From assembly GCA_963707635.1 (NCBI GenBank), contig OY970173.1, forward strand, positions 672,001-736,000: a stretch of 64,000 bases of DNA, written 5' to 3'. This DNA is from Candidatus Latescibacterota bacterium (GTDB lineage Bacteria; Krumholzibacteriota; Krumholzibacteriia; WVZY01; JAKEHA01). The notes beneath the pieces were generated by a model. The model did not search any database, was not told the DNA's origin, and saw only the letters and a list, made by a program, of their open reading frames with translations. Every line of letters begins with the position of its first letter. Position 1 is the stretch's first letter. Both the position numbers and the translations under genes were made by a program. Positions 9,876-20,147 of the stretch are shown piece by piece.

Positions 9876-10386
9876 CGCCGCCGCCTGCCAGAAGATAGTC
9901 ACGTATTTCGATCGCCGTCTCCCGCGCGAGCCCGTGCAGGACGACCTTCGAATGCTCGGTTCCGGCGGTGAACACGTGCAGGGTGGAAAGCTCGAGGTGC
10001 CGCTCGAGCGGCCCTTGCGACACGTCCGTGTGCTGGACGCGCGACCGGGGCACGTTGACGACTCGTCGCCACAGCGCGCCGCTTCGGATCTCGAGCCCTG
10101 CTTCGTCCACACGATAGGACGTGTAGCGATGCTGGAGTTCTGGCCAGCGCCAGAGCAGCACGGCGAGGCCGACGTTCAGCGCCACCACGGCGCACGGAAT
10201 GGCAACCCGCCACGCCACCGGCATCTCGACCAGGGCCGCGACCAGGAACGCGGCGGTCACGGTTGCCGGGGTGACCAACGCCGCGGTGATTCCGCCGGTG
10301 ATGCGGTCGCGCACCATGTGGCGCGGGTCGAGGTGGCGGAATCCGTCCGTCGCTGCCGGAGTCTCGATCGAACGCTCGTTCGCCAT
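9862..10386 (-). CDS. bPH_2 domain membrane protein (YdbS-like)
   Basis: Two TMs; VPRSRVQHTDVSQGPLER...VFTAG; overlaps the YdbT-like start. Confidence 0.85.
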   Translation of the reverse strand: MANERSIETPAATDGFRHLDPRHMVRDRITGGITAALVTPATVTAAFLVAALVEMPVAWRVAIPCAVVALNVGLAVLLWRWPELQHRYTSYRVDEAGLEIRSGALWRRVVNVPRSRVQHTDVSQGPLERHLELSTLHVFTAGTEHSKVVLHGLARETAIEIRDYLLAGGGDDAV

Positions 10387-10396
10387 CGGGCGGAGG

Positions 10397-12992
10397 TTAC
10401 GAACTGACCTTCTGCTCGACCAGCCGCTTGAAGCGGGGGTTGTCGCGCAGCGGGTCGAACCCCGGGTGGAGACGCAGGATGGCTGGTGTCATGGTCGACG
10501 GGATCGACAGGAGGTACTCGAGTTCGCGGATGGCCCGGTCGTAGTCCTTCAGGATGATGTGCAGAATCATCTGGCTGCCGAGGAGGTCGGAGCCGGTGAT
10601 CGCATCCCGCGCGAGCGGCAGCAACTCGACAGCCCGATCCGCGCAGCGGATCGCCTCGTCGTTACGGCCGAGGCAGGCGAGGGTGAGCGCGTAACCCATC
10701 ACGGCCTGCGCATTGTCGGTGTCTCTCACGTGCTGGGACGTCTCCAGGTACACGCGCGCCGAGTCGAAATACGCTTGCGCGAGGTCCCGGTCACCGGAAA
10801 ACCAGTAGGCGGTCCCGCGCTCGGCGTAATACTCGGACGTGTCCTGCCCCGCGTACATCCCCAGCCGGCGATACCGCTGGTGAACCTTCGCATAGTCGCG
10901 CGAGACGATGTCCATCTCGGCGATCACCGACATCAATTGCGGAATCTGCTCGACGATCGGCTCGGCGACGGAGCGCGCGGCGGCGATGTCTCCCGGACCG
11001 AGCATGAGCCTGGCCGCGCGGAGCAGCAGCAATTGCGGTGTATCCGGCGACGCGGCGAGGCCGCGCTGGATGCAGCGCTCCATGTCGTCCCACCGGCGCA
11101 GGTACATGTAGGTCTGAGCGAGGGTCGACAGACGATCGGTGGTCTTGGGGTCCAGCGCGATCGCGCGCTCAAGATTCTTGATGGACTCGTCCCACTTTCC
11201 CTGGCGACGCTGCACGTACGCGAGGGCTTCCAGCATCTCGGCGTTGTTGGGCTGCATCTTCTCGGCTACGGCGAATTCCTTCAGCGCGCTGTCATAGTCG
11301 CGGCTGCCGTAGTAGTGGTAGTAGCCCATCGCGATGTGCCCGTGCGGCTGGTCTGGCGCCAGGCGCAGCGCCGACGTCGAGCCGCCCGTTTGGCCTGCGC
11401 GAGGCGCGGCAGCTCCGGGTGCATATGGTTGAAATACTGATTCGCGTACACGCGAGCCAGATACGCCTGCGCCTGGGTGAACGTGCTGTCGAGGTGCACC
11501 GCCTGTTCGATCAGCGGAAGTGCGGCGTCGAGATCGTTCCGGTTCTTACCCCGCTCGTACTGTCCGCGACCGCGCAGGTAGAGGTCGTAGGCGTCCAGGT
11601 TTTCAGTCGGCCGCAGGGCGAGCGCCGCCTGTTCCGGCTCGAGCAGCGTCACGTTCAGCTCGTCTGCCACCTGGTGGGCGATTTCGCTCTGCAAAGCGAA
11701 GATCTGGCCGTATACCCGGTCGTAGTTCTCGGCCCACAGGTGGGTGTCGTCGGCGATGCGAATGAGCTGCGTGCTGATGCGAACGCTGTTCTGGCCGCCG
11801 GACTTGTCCCAGCGGACGGAGCCCTCGAGCACATAGTCGACGCCGAGCTCCTTGCCGATCTCACGCAGGCTCTTCTGTGAATCCTTGAACTGCATGGCGC
11901 TGGTGCGCGAGATCACGCCGAGGCCTGAGAGCTTGGCGAGCTGGGTCGTGATTTCTTCGGTGATACCGTCGGCGAAGTACTCCTGTTCGCTCGGTCCCAG
12001 ATTCTCGAAGGGGAGGACGGCGAGCATCTTGCGGGTGTCCGCGCCCGCGACGGCGGCCCCCTCCGGCGACCGGCTGCGCAGCGCCCACGTGACGACGGCC
12101 GCCACGACCACCAGCGCGCCGACTCCCCCCACCAGCGCGTAACGGCGCCGGCGTGGGCCCGCCACGCGCCCGCCCGCCTCGACGCGGCGCAGGTCCTCGA
12201 GGACCTCATTGGCGCTCTGGTAGCGATCGCGCGGGTTCTTCTGGAGGAGTTTCGTGACCACGGTCTGCAGCGCCGCCGGCACCGCGCCGTTGTAAGCGCG
12301 AATCTCGGTCGGCGTCTCGTTCACGATCGAATAGGTGAGCGCCGCTTCGTGCTCTCCCTTGAACGGCATCCGCCCCGTGAGCATCTCGTAGAATGCGACG
12401 CCGAACGAAAACAGGTCCGAGCGCTGATCCACTTCGCTCGTCCTGGATCTGCTCGGGCGACATGTAGGCGGGAGTCCCCGCGGACGAGCCCGCGCGGGTC
12501 ACATGCGCGGCCGCGTCGCGTCCCCGGGCGAGCCCGAAGTCCAGCACCTTGGCCTGTCCCGTTCGAGGTCAGAATGATGTTGTCGGACTTGATGTCGCGG
12601 TGCACCACGCCGCGCTCGTGGGCCGCCGCCAGCGCGGAGAGGATCTGCGGGGCCAGCTCGAGGGCCCGTTGCCACGTCATTTCGCGGCGCTTGACGACGG
12701 TGTGGACCGAATCGCCCTGCACGTACTCCATCACGATGAAGATGTGCTCGGTGGTCTCCTCGATCGCATGGATCGAGACGATATTCGGGTGGTTGAGCGC
12801 GGAAGCTGCGCGCGCCTCCCGAATCAGCCGGTCGCGTGCGTCGCGGTCGGTCTGGATGGATTTTGCGACGAACTTGAGCGCCACCTGGCGATGGAGCTTC
12901 TCATCCTCGGCCAGGTAGACGACACCCATGCCGCCGGCGCCGATCTCGGACAGGATCCGGTAGTGAAGAATCTTGCTGCCGACGAGCGTCAT
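10397..12992 (-). CDS. Ser/Thr protein kinase with TM, TolB-like and TPR domains; three apparent frameshifts (~12558, ~12437, ~11375)
   Basis: GAGGMGVVY, HRDIKSDN, DFGLA, GTPAYMSPE, AVLPFENL and TPR repeats spread across four ORF pieces. Confidence 0.85.
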
Positions 12993-13052
12993 GGCGTGGA
13001 AAGTCTACGGAAGTCCGGGAGGTTCCGCAACCGCGGACCTCGTGTATACGGA

Positions 13053-13688
13053 CTAGCGGCGTGGAGAGTTGCCCAGGTGGTCGCGCATCAGGCGCGCGAT
13101 CTCGCGTTCCGACGCGTCGGCTGAGGTCTCCAGGGCCCGGACCACGCCCTCCTGGTCGGCTCTCGACCGGTTCTGGTTGAGCTTGAACTTGCCCTCCAGC
13201 CGGTCGATGGGAATCTCGAAACCGACGATGGCCTGCAAGTCGGCATCCATCACCGACTCGGCCTGGCTCACGTCCCACGGGCGCCCGAGCGGCGCCTCAT
13301 GCGTGTCGACGAGACGCAGCACCATCGCGCGCAGGCGCGCGGTGTCGACGACCAGCCGCGGAGTCCCGGTGGCGTGCACGACCGCGTAATTCCAGGTCGG
13401 CACCGTTGCCTGCTCCTCGTACCACGCCGGCGAAATGTAGGCGTGCGGTCCCATGAATACGACCAGCGACGGCGCGGCGCCCTCGAACGCGCCCCAGTGC
13501 GGGTTGGCCTTCGCCATGTGCGCGATCAGCGTGCCGAAATGCCCGCGCTGCTCGTCGATCATGAAGGGAAGGTGGCTCGCGAAGGACTCGCCGCCCCGGT
13601 GCGTGAACAGCGTCGCGAAATTGTAGCGGCGAATCAGCGCGTGGAGCTCGGCGAGGTCGTCGTTGCGGTATGACCGGGGCGTGTACAT
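13053..13688 (-). CDS. FMN-binding negative transcriptional regulator (PaiB family)
   Basis: MYTP, HMAKANPHW, HAYISPAWY, VPTWNY, KFKLNQNR. Confidence 0.9.
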   Translation of the reverse strand: MYTPRSYRNDDLAELHALIRRYNFATLFTHRGGESFASHLPFMIDEQRGHFGTLIAHMAKANPHWGAFEGAAPSLVVFMGPHAYISPAWYEEQATVPTWNYAVVHATGTPRLVVDTARLRAMVLRLVDTHEAPLGRPWDVSQAESVMDADLQAIVGFEIPIDRLEGKFKLNQNRSRADQEGVVRALETSADASEREIARLMRDHLGNSPRR

Positions 13689-13694
13689 GCGGCG

Positions 13695-13723
13695 AGCATA
13701 GCCGAAGCACTCCGCGCGCGCAA
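13695..13723 (-). promoter_or_regulatory. Sigma70 promoter giving leaderless mRNA
   Basis: TTGCGC-N17-TATGCT-N6-ATG on minus strand. Confidence 0.6.
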
Positions 13724-13807
13724 ACGGCCCCGAAATAGATTGGGCCGGTGCGCGCGCACCGGCCCCGATGAATACCATGGTGAACTCTCGGCCGCGTGAC
13801 GGCGGCG

Positions 13808-14242
13808 CTACATGCCGTTCGAAAGCCGCGTGATCGTGCCCGTCTGGCCGCGGCCCGTGATGATGTAGCCCACGTTGACGCCCAGCGCGTCGACCACCGG
13901 TTCATACCCGGTTTCGCCCACCGCGCCCGCCGGCCCGTCTATGGGCTCGGTTCGCACCCGCGAGAACGGGTTCATGAGCCGCTGGTTCTGGGGAAGCATG
14001 TCGATTATGGTCTCGCCCATCGCGATATCGCTCAAGTCGGTCGCGTATACGCCGTCGGCCCGGACGGCGAAGTCTTCCGCCGCCACCTGCACGGCGTGAC
14101 TGTTCGACTTCACACCCGCTTCCTTCGCGTTGACCTGCATGCGGATGAAGTTGGGGACCGCGATGGCGACCAGTACGCCGATGATCATGACGACGACCAT
14201 CAGCTCGATCAGTGTGAAACCACTCCGGGTCGTATGCTTCAT
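13808..14242 (-). CDS. Type IV pilin/prepilin
   Basis: Class III signal G|FTLIELMVVVMIIGVLVAIAVPNF with E5. Confidence 0.9.
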   Translation of the reverse strand: MKHTTRSGFTLIELMVVVMIIGVLVAIAVPNFIRMQVNAKEAGVKSNSHAVQVAAEDFAVRADGVYATDLSDIAMGETIIDMLPQNQRLMNPFSRVRTEPIDGPAGAVGETGYEPVVDALGVNVGYIITGRGQTGTITRLSNGM

Positions 14243-14314
14243 AGCGCTGTCCAATCCGGCCGCCGGCTGCGCGCGGGTTGCGCGCTGGTCTTTTCCGGCC
14301 GCCACACCTGTCTT

Positions 14315-14330
14315 TGCAACCCGTGTACCA
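14315..14330 (-). promoter_or_regulatory. Sigma54 (-24/-12) promoter of the pilin gene
   Basis: TGGTAC-N5-TTGCA (GG-N10-GC). Confidence 0.7.
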
Positions 14331-14436
14331 GTGCCCTTCGCGGAGGGAGAAGATCGCCGCGTTGTGGAGCAACGCGGTTCATGGCGTATCGGCGCGCCTC
14401 GGCGACCGTGCGCCGGCAAGCCGGAATGGGGGAATT

Positions 14437-15108
14437 TCAGGAGAGGTTGATGGCCGTCTTCAGATAGCGCAGCAGGTCATCGGCAACGGCGGAATCCTCG
14501 GGCGCGATGAGTTTGTAGTGGGTCAGCGAGTCGAACGCCACCTGGTAATCCTCGGAAAGCGCGGTGACCAGGCCGAGGTTGAAGTAGGCGCTGGCGAGGG
14601 CGGGGTCGCACTCGATCGCCTTCTCGTAGTGCAACCGGGCGAGTTTCAGGTCTCCGAATTCGAAGTACAGGTTGCCGATGTTGTAGTGCGACTCGGCGTG
14701 CCGGGGGTCGCACGCGAGCGACTGCGCGAAGCATTCGAAGGCGTGGTCGAGGTCGCGCTTGATCGACTTGAGCACCCCCAGGTTGCACCACGCGTCGGCT
14801 GCGAAGTCGCCCTCGTCGACGGCGCGGCGGTACATGTCCTCGGCGCGGGGGTCGTTGTGGTCGTCCAGCAGGAGCGCGGCTTCGAACGGGCTCATCTGCA
14901 ACGGCAGCGGGACGACATCGCCCAGGCGACCGCCGCCGGCTCCGGGCGCATCCGGCAGGCCGAAGAGGTTCATCTGACCCTCTTCTTCCATCTGGACGGC
15001 GCGGTCGCCGTTCTTGCGCGCCGTCTCGGCGCGCTTGAAGCCGAAGCGCGACACCGCCTCGATGGGGAAGCGGATGATGTTGCTCGGCTTGTCGCTCCTG
15101 GTCGTCAT
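14437..15108 (-). CDS. TPR protein downstream of ku
   Basis: AWCNLG, SHYNIG, AYFNLG TPR repeats; N-terminal QMNLF. Confidence 0.8.
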   Translation of the reverse strand: MTTRSDKPSNIIRFPIEAVSRFGFKRAETARKNGDRAVQMEEEGQMNLFGLPDAPGAGGGRLGDVVPLPLQMSPFEAALLLDDHNDPRAEDMYRRAVDEGDFAADAWCNLGVLKSIKRDLDHAFECFAQSLACDPRHAESHYNIGNLYFEFGDLKLARLHYEKAIECDPALASAYFNLGLVTALSEDYQVAFDSLTHYKLIAPEDSAVADDLLRYLKTAINLS

Positions 15109-15127
15109 GCGTCGTGCGTCGCCGGGC

Positions 15128-16024
15128 CTAGGCAGTCTTGCGCGCCTTTGTCTTGGCCTTCGCGACTGTCTTGCCCTTGGCGGTTTCCTTGCGCGGCGCT
15201 TTCTTTTCGACCTTGTCGGCGGTGACCTTTTCCATCGGCTTCTTCTTGTCCTTCGCCTGCTCGATGCTCTTCTTCAGGGCCGTCATGATGTCGACCACTT
15301 CCGGCTCCACGACCTCGATGGCGACGATCTCCTGGCCGGCGATCTTCGCCTGCACCATCTCGCGCACGGCGTCGTTGTACTGGTTCTCGAGCTTGAGCGA
15401 ACCGAGCTTCGCGCTCATGGAATCAATCAGGCTCTTCGCCAGTTTGAGTTCGTCCTTGTTGGGCTTGTGCTTTTCGACCAGCGGGACGTCCTCGATCTTC
15501 CGGACTTCCTTCGGGTAACGCATCTTGTACAGCACGATCCCGTCGCCCTTGGGCGCGATCATCACCACGTCCTCGCGGTCGCGCAGCACGACCTTGCCCA
15601 CGCCCATCTTCCCGCTCTCGCGCAAAGCCGCCGAGAGCAGCGAGTATGTCTTGGCCGCCACGTCGCCGTCGGGGCCCGCGTAATAGGGAGCGTCGTAAAG
15701 GGTGGGGTCAATCTCGGACGCGTCGACGAAGCCCTCGATGTCGATTACCTTGGTGCTCTTGAGCTTGAGCTTTTCGAGGTCGTCCTTCTCGAAGATGACG
15801 TACTGGTCTGGCTCGTATTGGAAGCCCTTGACGATCTCCTCGTTCTCGACCTGGTTATTGCACTTCTTGCACCGCTTGTCGTAGCCGATGCGGCCGTTGC
15901 ACTCGCGGTGAATCTGGTTGAACGAGATGGACTCCGCCGTGTCGACCGCGTTGTAGACGCGGATGGGAATCGTCACGAGGGAGAAGCGAAGGTGACCCTT
16001 CCAGATGGATCGAAGTTGCGGCAT
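15128..16024 (-). CDS. ku: NHEJ DNA end-binding protein Ku
   Basis: RSIWKGHLRFSLVTIP, IVKGFQYE, VVDIMTALKKS, basic C-tail. Confidence 0.95.
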   Translation of the reverse strand: MPQLRSIWKGHLRFSLVTIPIRVYNAVDTAESISFNQIHRECNGRIGYDKRCKKCNNQVENEEIVKGFQYEPDQYVIFEKDDLEKLKLKSTKVIDIEGFVDASEIDPTLYDAPYYAGPDGDVAAKTYSLLSAALRESGKMGVGKVVLRDREDVVMIAPKGDGIVLYKMRYPKEVRKIEDVPLVEKHKPNKDELKLAKSLIDSMSAKLGSLKLENQYNDAVREMVQAKIAGQEIVAIEVVEPEVVDIMTALKKSIEQAKDKKKPMEKVTADKVEKKAPRKETAKGKTVAKAKTKARKTA

Positions 16025-16313
16025 GGCTCGACTCCTTGGTATGGCCGGTCGCGGGGGCCCCGCCGGGTCCCCAAATCAGCTTCGGGCACGCTTTTCCACT
16101 GTGTCAAGATAAGTTAAGACGCGGGTGCGGCGCCACTTCATATGGGTCCCAGCGACGCGCGCCGGGCAAGATATGGGCCACCCGGCCCGGTCGGTCAGCA
16201 TGGCAGCTCGCCGGCGGCGTCGGGGGAAAGCCCGGCTCCTTTCCAACTCCTGGACGCGCTATCATGTAATAGTAAGGGCTCGGGCTGCAGTGCGGGTGGG
16301 AGGCCCGTCTATC

Positions 16314-16691
16314 ATGGAAGTGACACTACGAGAAAAGCGTGGCGCCAATATCGTCGAGGTCCATGGGAAGCTGGTCGGCGACGTGGAGAACTGCCACCGA
16401 TTCCATGATCTCTTCCAGTCCCTGCTCGACAAGGGACGCAAGAAGTTCGTCCTGGATCTCCAGGACACGCCCTGGGCGAACAGCCTGGGTATCGGCATGA
16501 TCATCGCGGCCTACGCCAGTGTCAAAAACCGCGGCGGAGAGATGGTGCTCGCGGGCGCGACCGAGAGAATACGGGAAGTGTTCAAGGTCACGCACCTGTT
16601 CACGATTTTCAAGATTTTCGACACCGTGGACGCCGCCGTCGACCATCTGATCCCCAGGCCGGGAGGCGGCCAGCCGACCGCCCGGGCGTGA
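16314..16691 (+). CDS. STAS domain anti-sigma-factor antagonist
   Basis: VLDL...NSLGIG phosphoserine motif; STAS size. Confidence 0.85.
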   Translation: MEVTLREKRGANIVEVHGKLVGDVENCHRFHDLFQSLLDKGRKKFVLDLQDTPWANSLGIGMIIAAYASVKNRGGEMVLAGATERIREVFKVTHLFTIFKIFDTVDAAVDHLIPRPGGGQPTARA

Positions 16692-16694
16692 CGT

Positions 16695-17717
16695 TCAGCG
16701 CCGGTCGTCGCCGCAGCTCGCGATCCGCTGCCCGCGCACCGGCTCGGCGCCGTCGACCTTCACGCCGTCGACGCACAGGCGCACGAATCGCGCCGGGAGC
16801 CCTTCGGCCGTCGTGATGTCGGGGCCGTCCTGCAGGTGGTAGTGCAAGTGCGGCTCGGTGGTGTTGCCCGAGTTGCCGCACAGGCCGAGCACAGCGCCCG
16901 TTTCCACCCGATCGCCCACACGGAAGCGCTGCGAGCGCGGCTGCAGGTGGGCGATGAGCGAGAACTCCCCGTTGCCGTGGTCGATCACGACGCCGTTGCC
17001 GACCGGATGTGCCGGGTCCATCTGTCCCGGCGTCTGGTCCGGGAGGCTATCGCACGACCACACGATGGTTCCCCCCGCCGGCGCGAGGATCTCCTGGCCG
17101 TAGCAGTAGTAGTCCGAGAGCTTCTTTCCGTCGCCCGTGTGCGTCGTCGAATCGGGCCTCACCATGAGCAGGTCGTAGGCGAAGCGCTGGCTCTTCGACG
17201 CCGCGTGGTGGTTCTCTTCTAGCGTGCGCCCACCCCAGACCACGAACCACTCGCCCTTGAACGGAAGCTCGAGCTTCGTCTTCGTCTGGTAGTCGAGCCT
17301 GGTGCTCGCGTACTCCTTGCGTTCCTCGGGCCGGACGGACAGACCGGCGACGCGGCCGTCGGGCGCAAACGCGATCAGGAGCAGGAGCGGATCCGGCACC
17401 TTCGCGAACTGGCAGCGCCCCCGGTAGACCCAGACGCCGTGTTCGTGACTGATGGTCTCGCTCAACGTCTCGACGATGGCGCCGACCTGGGCGTGGATGC
17501 CGGTGAGCATCGCGTCGAAGCGCGTCGAATCGCCCATGGCGCCGCGCATCGCGTCGTCGAAGACGCGCCACAGCGGCCCGGACTCTCCGCGGCTCACGTA
17601 CGGACGGAGCTCGCGGGCGCGGGCGAGCGCGGTGGTGGAGTCGATGGGCGCGGCGGCGCGGGCGAGCGACGGTGCGGCCAGGGTCAGGAGCGCAAAGGCG
17701 TAGACGAGAGATCGCAT
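16695..17717 (-). CDS. Secreted M23 peptidase with N-terminal DUF3887-like domain
   Basis: Signal peptide; HH...YD, GNGVVIDHG, GNSGNTTEPHLHYH. Confidence 0.85.
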   Translation of the reverse strand: MRSLVYAFALLTLAAPSLARAAAPIDSTTALARARELRPYVSRGESGPLWRVFDDAMRGAMGDSTRFDAMLTGIHAQVGAIVETLSETISHEHGVWVYRGRCQFAKVPDPLLLLIAFAPDGRVAGLSVRPEERKEYASTRLDYQTKTKLELPFKGEWFVVWGGRTLEENHHAASKSQRFAYDLLMVRPDSTTHTGDGKKLSDYYCYGQEILAPAGGTIVWSCDSLPDQTPGQMDPAHPVGNGVVIDHGNGEFSLIAHLQPRSQRFRVGDRVETGAVLGLCGNSGNTTEPHLHYHLQDGPDITTAEGLPARFVRLCVDGVKVDGAEPVRGQRIASCGDDRR

Positions 17718-20047
17718 CAGGCATCCTCCAGGTCAGGTCTCAACCTCATGAACACCGGCTCGCGCAGCGTGCCGTTCGGCGTGAGTGACGCGTATTGTAC
17801 TTCGCACATCAGTTTCGGCTCCAGCCACACGCTGTCCTTGTCGTCGAGGGGCTTCTCCTTGACCGGGCGCTTGCCGACCCGGAGCTTCTTGAGCTCGGCG
17901 TGCACGGACTGGAGCGTCTTGTCGTCGAAGCCGGTGCCCACCTTGCCCACGTAGGTCAATTCGCCGTCGCGCCGCTGGGCGATGTGCAGGGCGCCGAAGC
18001 TCGACTCGCGATCGCCCTTGCCCGCGGTGTAGCCGATGACGACGCAGTCCGCCGTGTTGCGCGTCTTGACCTTGAGCCATGCGTCGCTGCGCCGGCCGGG
18101 AGTGTAGACGCTCCCTGTTCGCTTCGCCATGATGCCCTCGAGACCGGCCTCGCCGGCGGCGGCGAACAGCGCGACGCCGTCGTCGACGGTCTGGCTCACC
18201 CGGTACGCGGAGTCCCGCTTGATCGCGTCCGCCATCCATTCGCGCCGGCGCTCGATCGGCTCGTTCACCAGCGGGCGGCCGTCGAGATACAGACAGTCGA
18301 ACACATAGCAGACGGCGGGATGTCTGGCGCGCGCGCGCGCGGCGGCGCCCTCGCTGTTCTGCCGCATGCGGTTGATGACGTCTTTGAACATCGGCCGGCC
18401 GGCCGGGTCGAGGCACACGATCTCGCCGTCGAAGAGCCCGCAGGTCGCGCGAAACGATGCGTCGGCGCCGGAGAGCTCCGGGAACGCAACCGTGATGTCG
18501 TTGTGGTTGCGCGAGTGGATGCGGACTATGCCTTCGTCGAGTGCGATCATCGCGCGGATGCCGTCCCACTTGACTTCGTAGCTCCACTCGCCGGTGGCGG
18601 GCACCGTGGGCGAAAGCTCGGCGAGCATGAACTCGACCGGCTCGACCAGCCAGTCGGTCTGCGGCGTGTCGACGCGCTCCAGCAGGTTTTCTTTGCCGCG
18701 CGTCGGGATGATGCGGTACTCGCCGGTGAGCCCGCGGCTGGTGAGGCGCACGTAGGTGCTGTCCTTCTTCTTCTTGGTGACTTCGTAGCGCCCGGAGGCG
18801 TAGACCCACATGTCGCCGCCGCCGTATTCCCCCTTCGGGATGGTCCCTTCGAAACCGAGATACTCGATCGGGTGGTCCTCGGTCTGCACCGCCAGCCGCT
18901 TGATGCCGGGGCGCGGCGGGAGTCCCTTCGGCACGGCCCAGGATTTCAACACGCCGTCTTTCTCCAGCCGCAGGTCGTAGTGCAGCCGCGACGCGTGGTG
19001 GCGGTGCACGACGAAGCGGTTCGTGCCTTCCTCGACCGGTTGCGGCGCGGGCTCGGGCGTCTTCGAGAATTCGCGTTTCTTCGCGTACGTGTCGAGCTGC
19101 TCCGGGGTCTTGTGCTTCGCGGACTTCGGGAGCTTCCTGGCTGCCTTCGGGGCCGAACGGTGCGTGTGCAGCTCCGTCGCATAGGCGTCGATGCCCTGCC
19201 AAGGGTCGCCCTCGCGCTTGACGAGGTCGGGAACGTTGCGCAGCGTGAAGTCGCGCACGCCGGAGATCGTGTGCAGCTGCTCCCAGCGCAGCGGCATCGA
19301 CACGGTGGCGCCGGGGAGTCCGCGCACGCTGTACGCGGACACGATGGTCTGGGACGGGCGGTTGCGATAGATGTCGATCAGGATTTTGTTGTCGCGCTGC
19401 TCTTTGTGGATCTTGAGCGTGCACGTGCCGGAATGGGCGGCGACGAACGGCTTCGCGATCGCTTCACTCGCCTTGAAGACGGTGTCGAAGTCCCACTTGG
19501 GTTCGATCGGGACGACGATGTGTAGTCCCTTTCGCCCGGTCGTCTTGACGAACGCGTGGTAGCCGAACTTCTCGATTTCCACGCGCAGTTCCGCGCCCGT
19601 GTCCGCGATCAGAGACCACGCGGTTCCGTCCGGCGGGTCGATGTCGAACACGAAATAGTCCGGGTGGTCACGGTTGGCGGCGCGGCAGTGCATCTGGTGG
19701 AGCTCGATGCAGGCGAGATTCGCGAGCCACACCAGCGACGCCTCTTCGGAGGCGATCACGTAGTTGATCGTCTTCTTCTCGTCGCCGATTTCTGTGCTCT
19801 CGATCCAGTCCGGCGTCCAGTCGGGGAGGTTCTTCTGAAAGAACTTTTCGCCGTGGATGCCGTCCGGAAACCGGACCAGGGAGAGCGGGCGGCCGCGGAT
19901 GTGGGCCAGGATGGTGGGCGCGATCGCGAGGTAGTACTGGATGAGCTCGGCCTTGACGACGCCGTCTTCGGGCCAGAGCACCTTGCGCAGGTTGGAAAGC
20001 TCCACCTTGCGCTTGCCGACTTGCACGACCTGTGACGAACGCGCCAT
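17717..20047 (-). CDS. ligD: NHEJ ATP-dependent DNA ligase LigD (polymerase-phosphoesterase-ligase order)
   Basis: RFPDGIHGEKFFQK, FDIDP, KTTGRKGLH; HHASRLHYDLRLE; YEVKWDGIRA, EGIMAK. Confidence 0.95.
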   Translation of the reverse strand: MARSSQVVQVGKRKVELSNLRKVLWPEDGVVKAELIQYYLAIAPTILAHIRGRPLSLVRFPDGIHGEKFFQKNLPDWTPDWIESTEIGDEKKTINYVIASEEASLVWLANLACIELHQMHCRAANRDHPDYFVFDIDPPDGTAWSLIADTGAELRVEIEKFGYHAFVKTTGRKGLHIVVPIEPKWDFDTVFKASEAIAKPFVAAHSGTCTLKIHKEQRDNKILIDIYRNRPSQTIVSAYSVRGLPGATVSMPLRWEQLHTISGVRDFTLRNVPDLVKREGDPWQGIDAYATELHTHRSAPKAARKLPKSAKHKTPEQLDTYAKKREFSKTPEPAPQPVEEGTNRFVVHRHHASRLHYDLRLEKDGVLKSWAVPKGLPPRPGIKRLAVQTEDHPIEYLGFEGTIPKGEYGGGDMWVYASGRYEVTKKKKDSTYVRLTSRGLTGEYRIIPTRGKENLLERVDTPQTDWLVEPVEFMLAELSPTVPATGEWSYEVKWDGIRAMIALDEGIVRIHSRNHNDITVAFPELSGADASFRATCGLFDGEIVCLDPAGRPMFKDVINRMRQNSEGAAARARARHPAVCYVFDCLYLDGRPLVNEPIERRREWMADAIKRDSAYRVSQTVDDGVALFAAAGEAGLEGIMAKRTGSVYTPGRRSDAWLKVKTRNTADCVVIGYTAGKGDRESSFGALHIAQRRDGELTYVGKVGTGFDDKTLQSVHAELKKLRVGKRPVKEKPLDDKDSVWLEPKLMCEVQYASLTPNGTLREPVFMRLRPDLEDA

Positions 20048-20073
20048 GACGTATTATAACCTCATGGCCGGCA

Positions 20074-20102
20074 TTGAAAAGCCGCTTCCGCTGGGTCATA
20101 AT
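20074..20102 (+). promoter_or_regulatory. Sigma70 promoter of paralog 1
   Basis: TTGAAA-N17-CATAAT. Confidence 0.6.
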
Positions 20103-20147
20103 GAGAGGTCTACTGCAGTGCATGCCTCAACCTTCGGAGGGTCCCCC

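Noticed and set aside
12430..12560. Programmed ribosomal frameshifting in the kinase gene
   Set aside because: No slippery heptamer; multiple independent shifts within the catalytic domain point to errors or decay
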